This document shows positions 5,867 to 6,796 of a stretch of DNA of 6,796 bases, one piece after another (position 1 is the stretch's first letter; the number at the start of each line of letters is the position of its first letter). The position numbers and the translations under genes are program-made. The stretch comes from Candidatus Helarchaeota ASGARD archaeon Hel_GB_B (lineage in GTDB: Archaea; Asgardarchaeota; Lokiarchaeia; Helarchaeales; HEL-GB-B): assembly GCA_005191425.1 (NCBI GenBank), contig SUPR01000144.1:1-6796 (forward strand). Reading direction: 5' to 3'. The notes below the pieces were generated by a model. It did not search any database and was not told the DNA's origin. It was given only the letters and a program-made list of their open reading frames with translations.

Positions 5867-6796
5867 TTAATCTCCTTTTATTTCTTTATAACTAGCTCTA
5901 TAGTCCTTTTTTAATACTTTACCAGTAGCAGTCTTTTTTAATGATTTTACAAACTCAATGATTCTCGGGACTTTATAATCTGCCAAATATTGAGCTACAT
6001 GATCTTTTACTTCTTGTTCAGTCATTTCTTCTCCCTCTTTTAGTACAATTATTGCTCTAACGGTTTCACCCATTTTCTGATGAGGCGCACCTACTACTGT
6101 AGCATCTGCAATTTTAGGATGTTTAAAAAGAACTTCTTCAACATCTCTGGGCACAACATTACGCCCTCCAACAATTATCAAGTCTTTCTTCCGGTCAACT
6201 ATTGAAACATAGCCATCATCGTCCATTACTCCAATATCGCCAGTATAATACCATATCCCTTCTTGCCCTTTAACTGGCTTTAATACCTTTTTCGTCTCTT
6301 CTGGCATTTTAAAATATCCAAGCATTATTCCTGGATTTTGTACTACAATTTCTCCTCTGGTACCATTGGGAACTGGATTTCCGTCTTCATCAACACATAA
6401 AATTCTACCACCAGGCATTGGAATTCCAACTGTTCCATATTTAATTTTCCCATTCCATGGATTTACAGCACCATAAACAGAATCTTCAGTAGTCCCAAAC
6501 CCCTCGCAAATAGGGATTTGTCGATTATTTGTATCTATAAATACTTCTTCCATACGTTTAATTAACCCAAGAGGAAGCGGAGCCCCACCACTAATGAGTC
6601 CTTTTAATTTCGGACTGAATTTCCCGATAAAATCTTGGATATTGGGCTGAGATAACATAATATTATACATCGCAGGCACAGCTACAAAACTAGTAACTTC
6701 TGGTTCCGTCAATAACTTAAGACAATCTTGGACAATAAAACCTGGCAACATATTTAACCGCCCACCAGCATTTAAAACTGCATTCATAACTGAAAG
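5867..6796 (-). CDS. Long-chain-fatty-acid--CoA ligase / AMP-binding acyl-CoA synthetase (FadD/LcfA-like), C-terminal part only (5' end outside the window)
   Basis: ANL-superfamily motifs: SGGAPLP, EGFGTTE, YYTGD, DRKKDLIIVGGRNVVPRDVEEVL, KTATGKVLK (catalytic Lys). The frame stays open upstream of the track's ATG 6787 (CTT TCA GTT) to the edge at 6796, so that ATG is internal. Confidence 0.95.
   Translation of the reverse strand, partial: LSVMNAVLNAGGRLNMLPGFIVQDCLKLLTEPEVTSFVAVPAMYNIMLSQPNIQDFIGKFSPKLKGLISGGAPLPLGLIKRMEEVFIDTNNRQIPICEGFGTTEDSVYGAVNPWNGKIKYGTVGIPMPGGRILCVDEDGNPVPNGTRGEIVVQNPGIMLGYFKMPEETKKVLKPVKGQEGIWYYTGDIGVMDDDGYVSIVDRKKDLIIVGGRNVVPRDVEEVLFKHPKIADATVVGAPHQKMGETVRAIIVLKEGEEMTEQEVKDHVAQYLADYKVPRIIEFVKSLKKTATGKVLKKDYRASYKEIKGD

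Noticed and set aside
6487-6507. EGFGTTE instead of the usual (E/Q)xYGxTE in the ligase, and LKKT instead of LPKT near the C-terminus
   Set aside because: These are minor substitutions. The TE, TGD, DRxKD and catalytic GK residues are intact, so there is no evidence of altered function.
1-6796. tRNA, rRNA, CRISPR array, transposase, integrase or frameshifted pseudogene
   Set aside because: No cloverleaf, regularly spaced repeat, terminal inverted repeat or broken reading frame was seen. The two incomplete genes are cut only by the window edges.

Overview
AT-rich prokaryotic chromosomal window with six protein-coding genes. No RNA gene, CRISPR array or mobile element is detectable. From left to right: (1) a PadR-like winged-helix regulator (minus strand, 3'-truncated by the window edge, absent from the ORF track); (2,3) two tandem, near-colinear crotonase-superfamily genes of the PaaG/isomerase type (minus strand), one keeping the PaaG-type catalytic Asp and the other lacking every canonical catalytic acid; a ~320 bp, ~14% GC divergent intergenic region; (4) a 611-aa GHMP kinase whose C-terminal ~375 aa resemble the kinase domain of L-fucokinase/FKP, but with a rewritten motif I and an unassigned ~230-aa helical N-terminus in place of a pyrophosphorylase domain; (5) a ~12-TM MFS transporter with a spinster-like EPxRG motif; (6) a convergent, 5'-truncated acyl-CoA synthetase of the FadD/LcfA type. 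GGTGA-type ribosome-binding sites, TATA-like boxes and oligo-T tracts suggest an archaeon, and the gene content would fit Asgard Lokiarchaeia (inference, not verified). The best candidates for something new are the divergent sugar-kinase family, the active/degenerate crotonase pair, and a possible lipid/glycolipid salvage role for the whole neighbourhood. All motif comparisons, alignments and GC counts were done by hand, with reference motifs recalled from memory.
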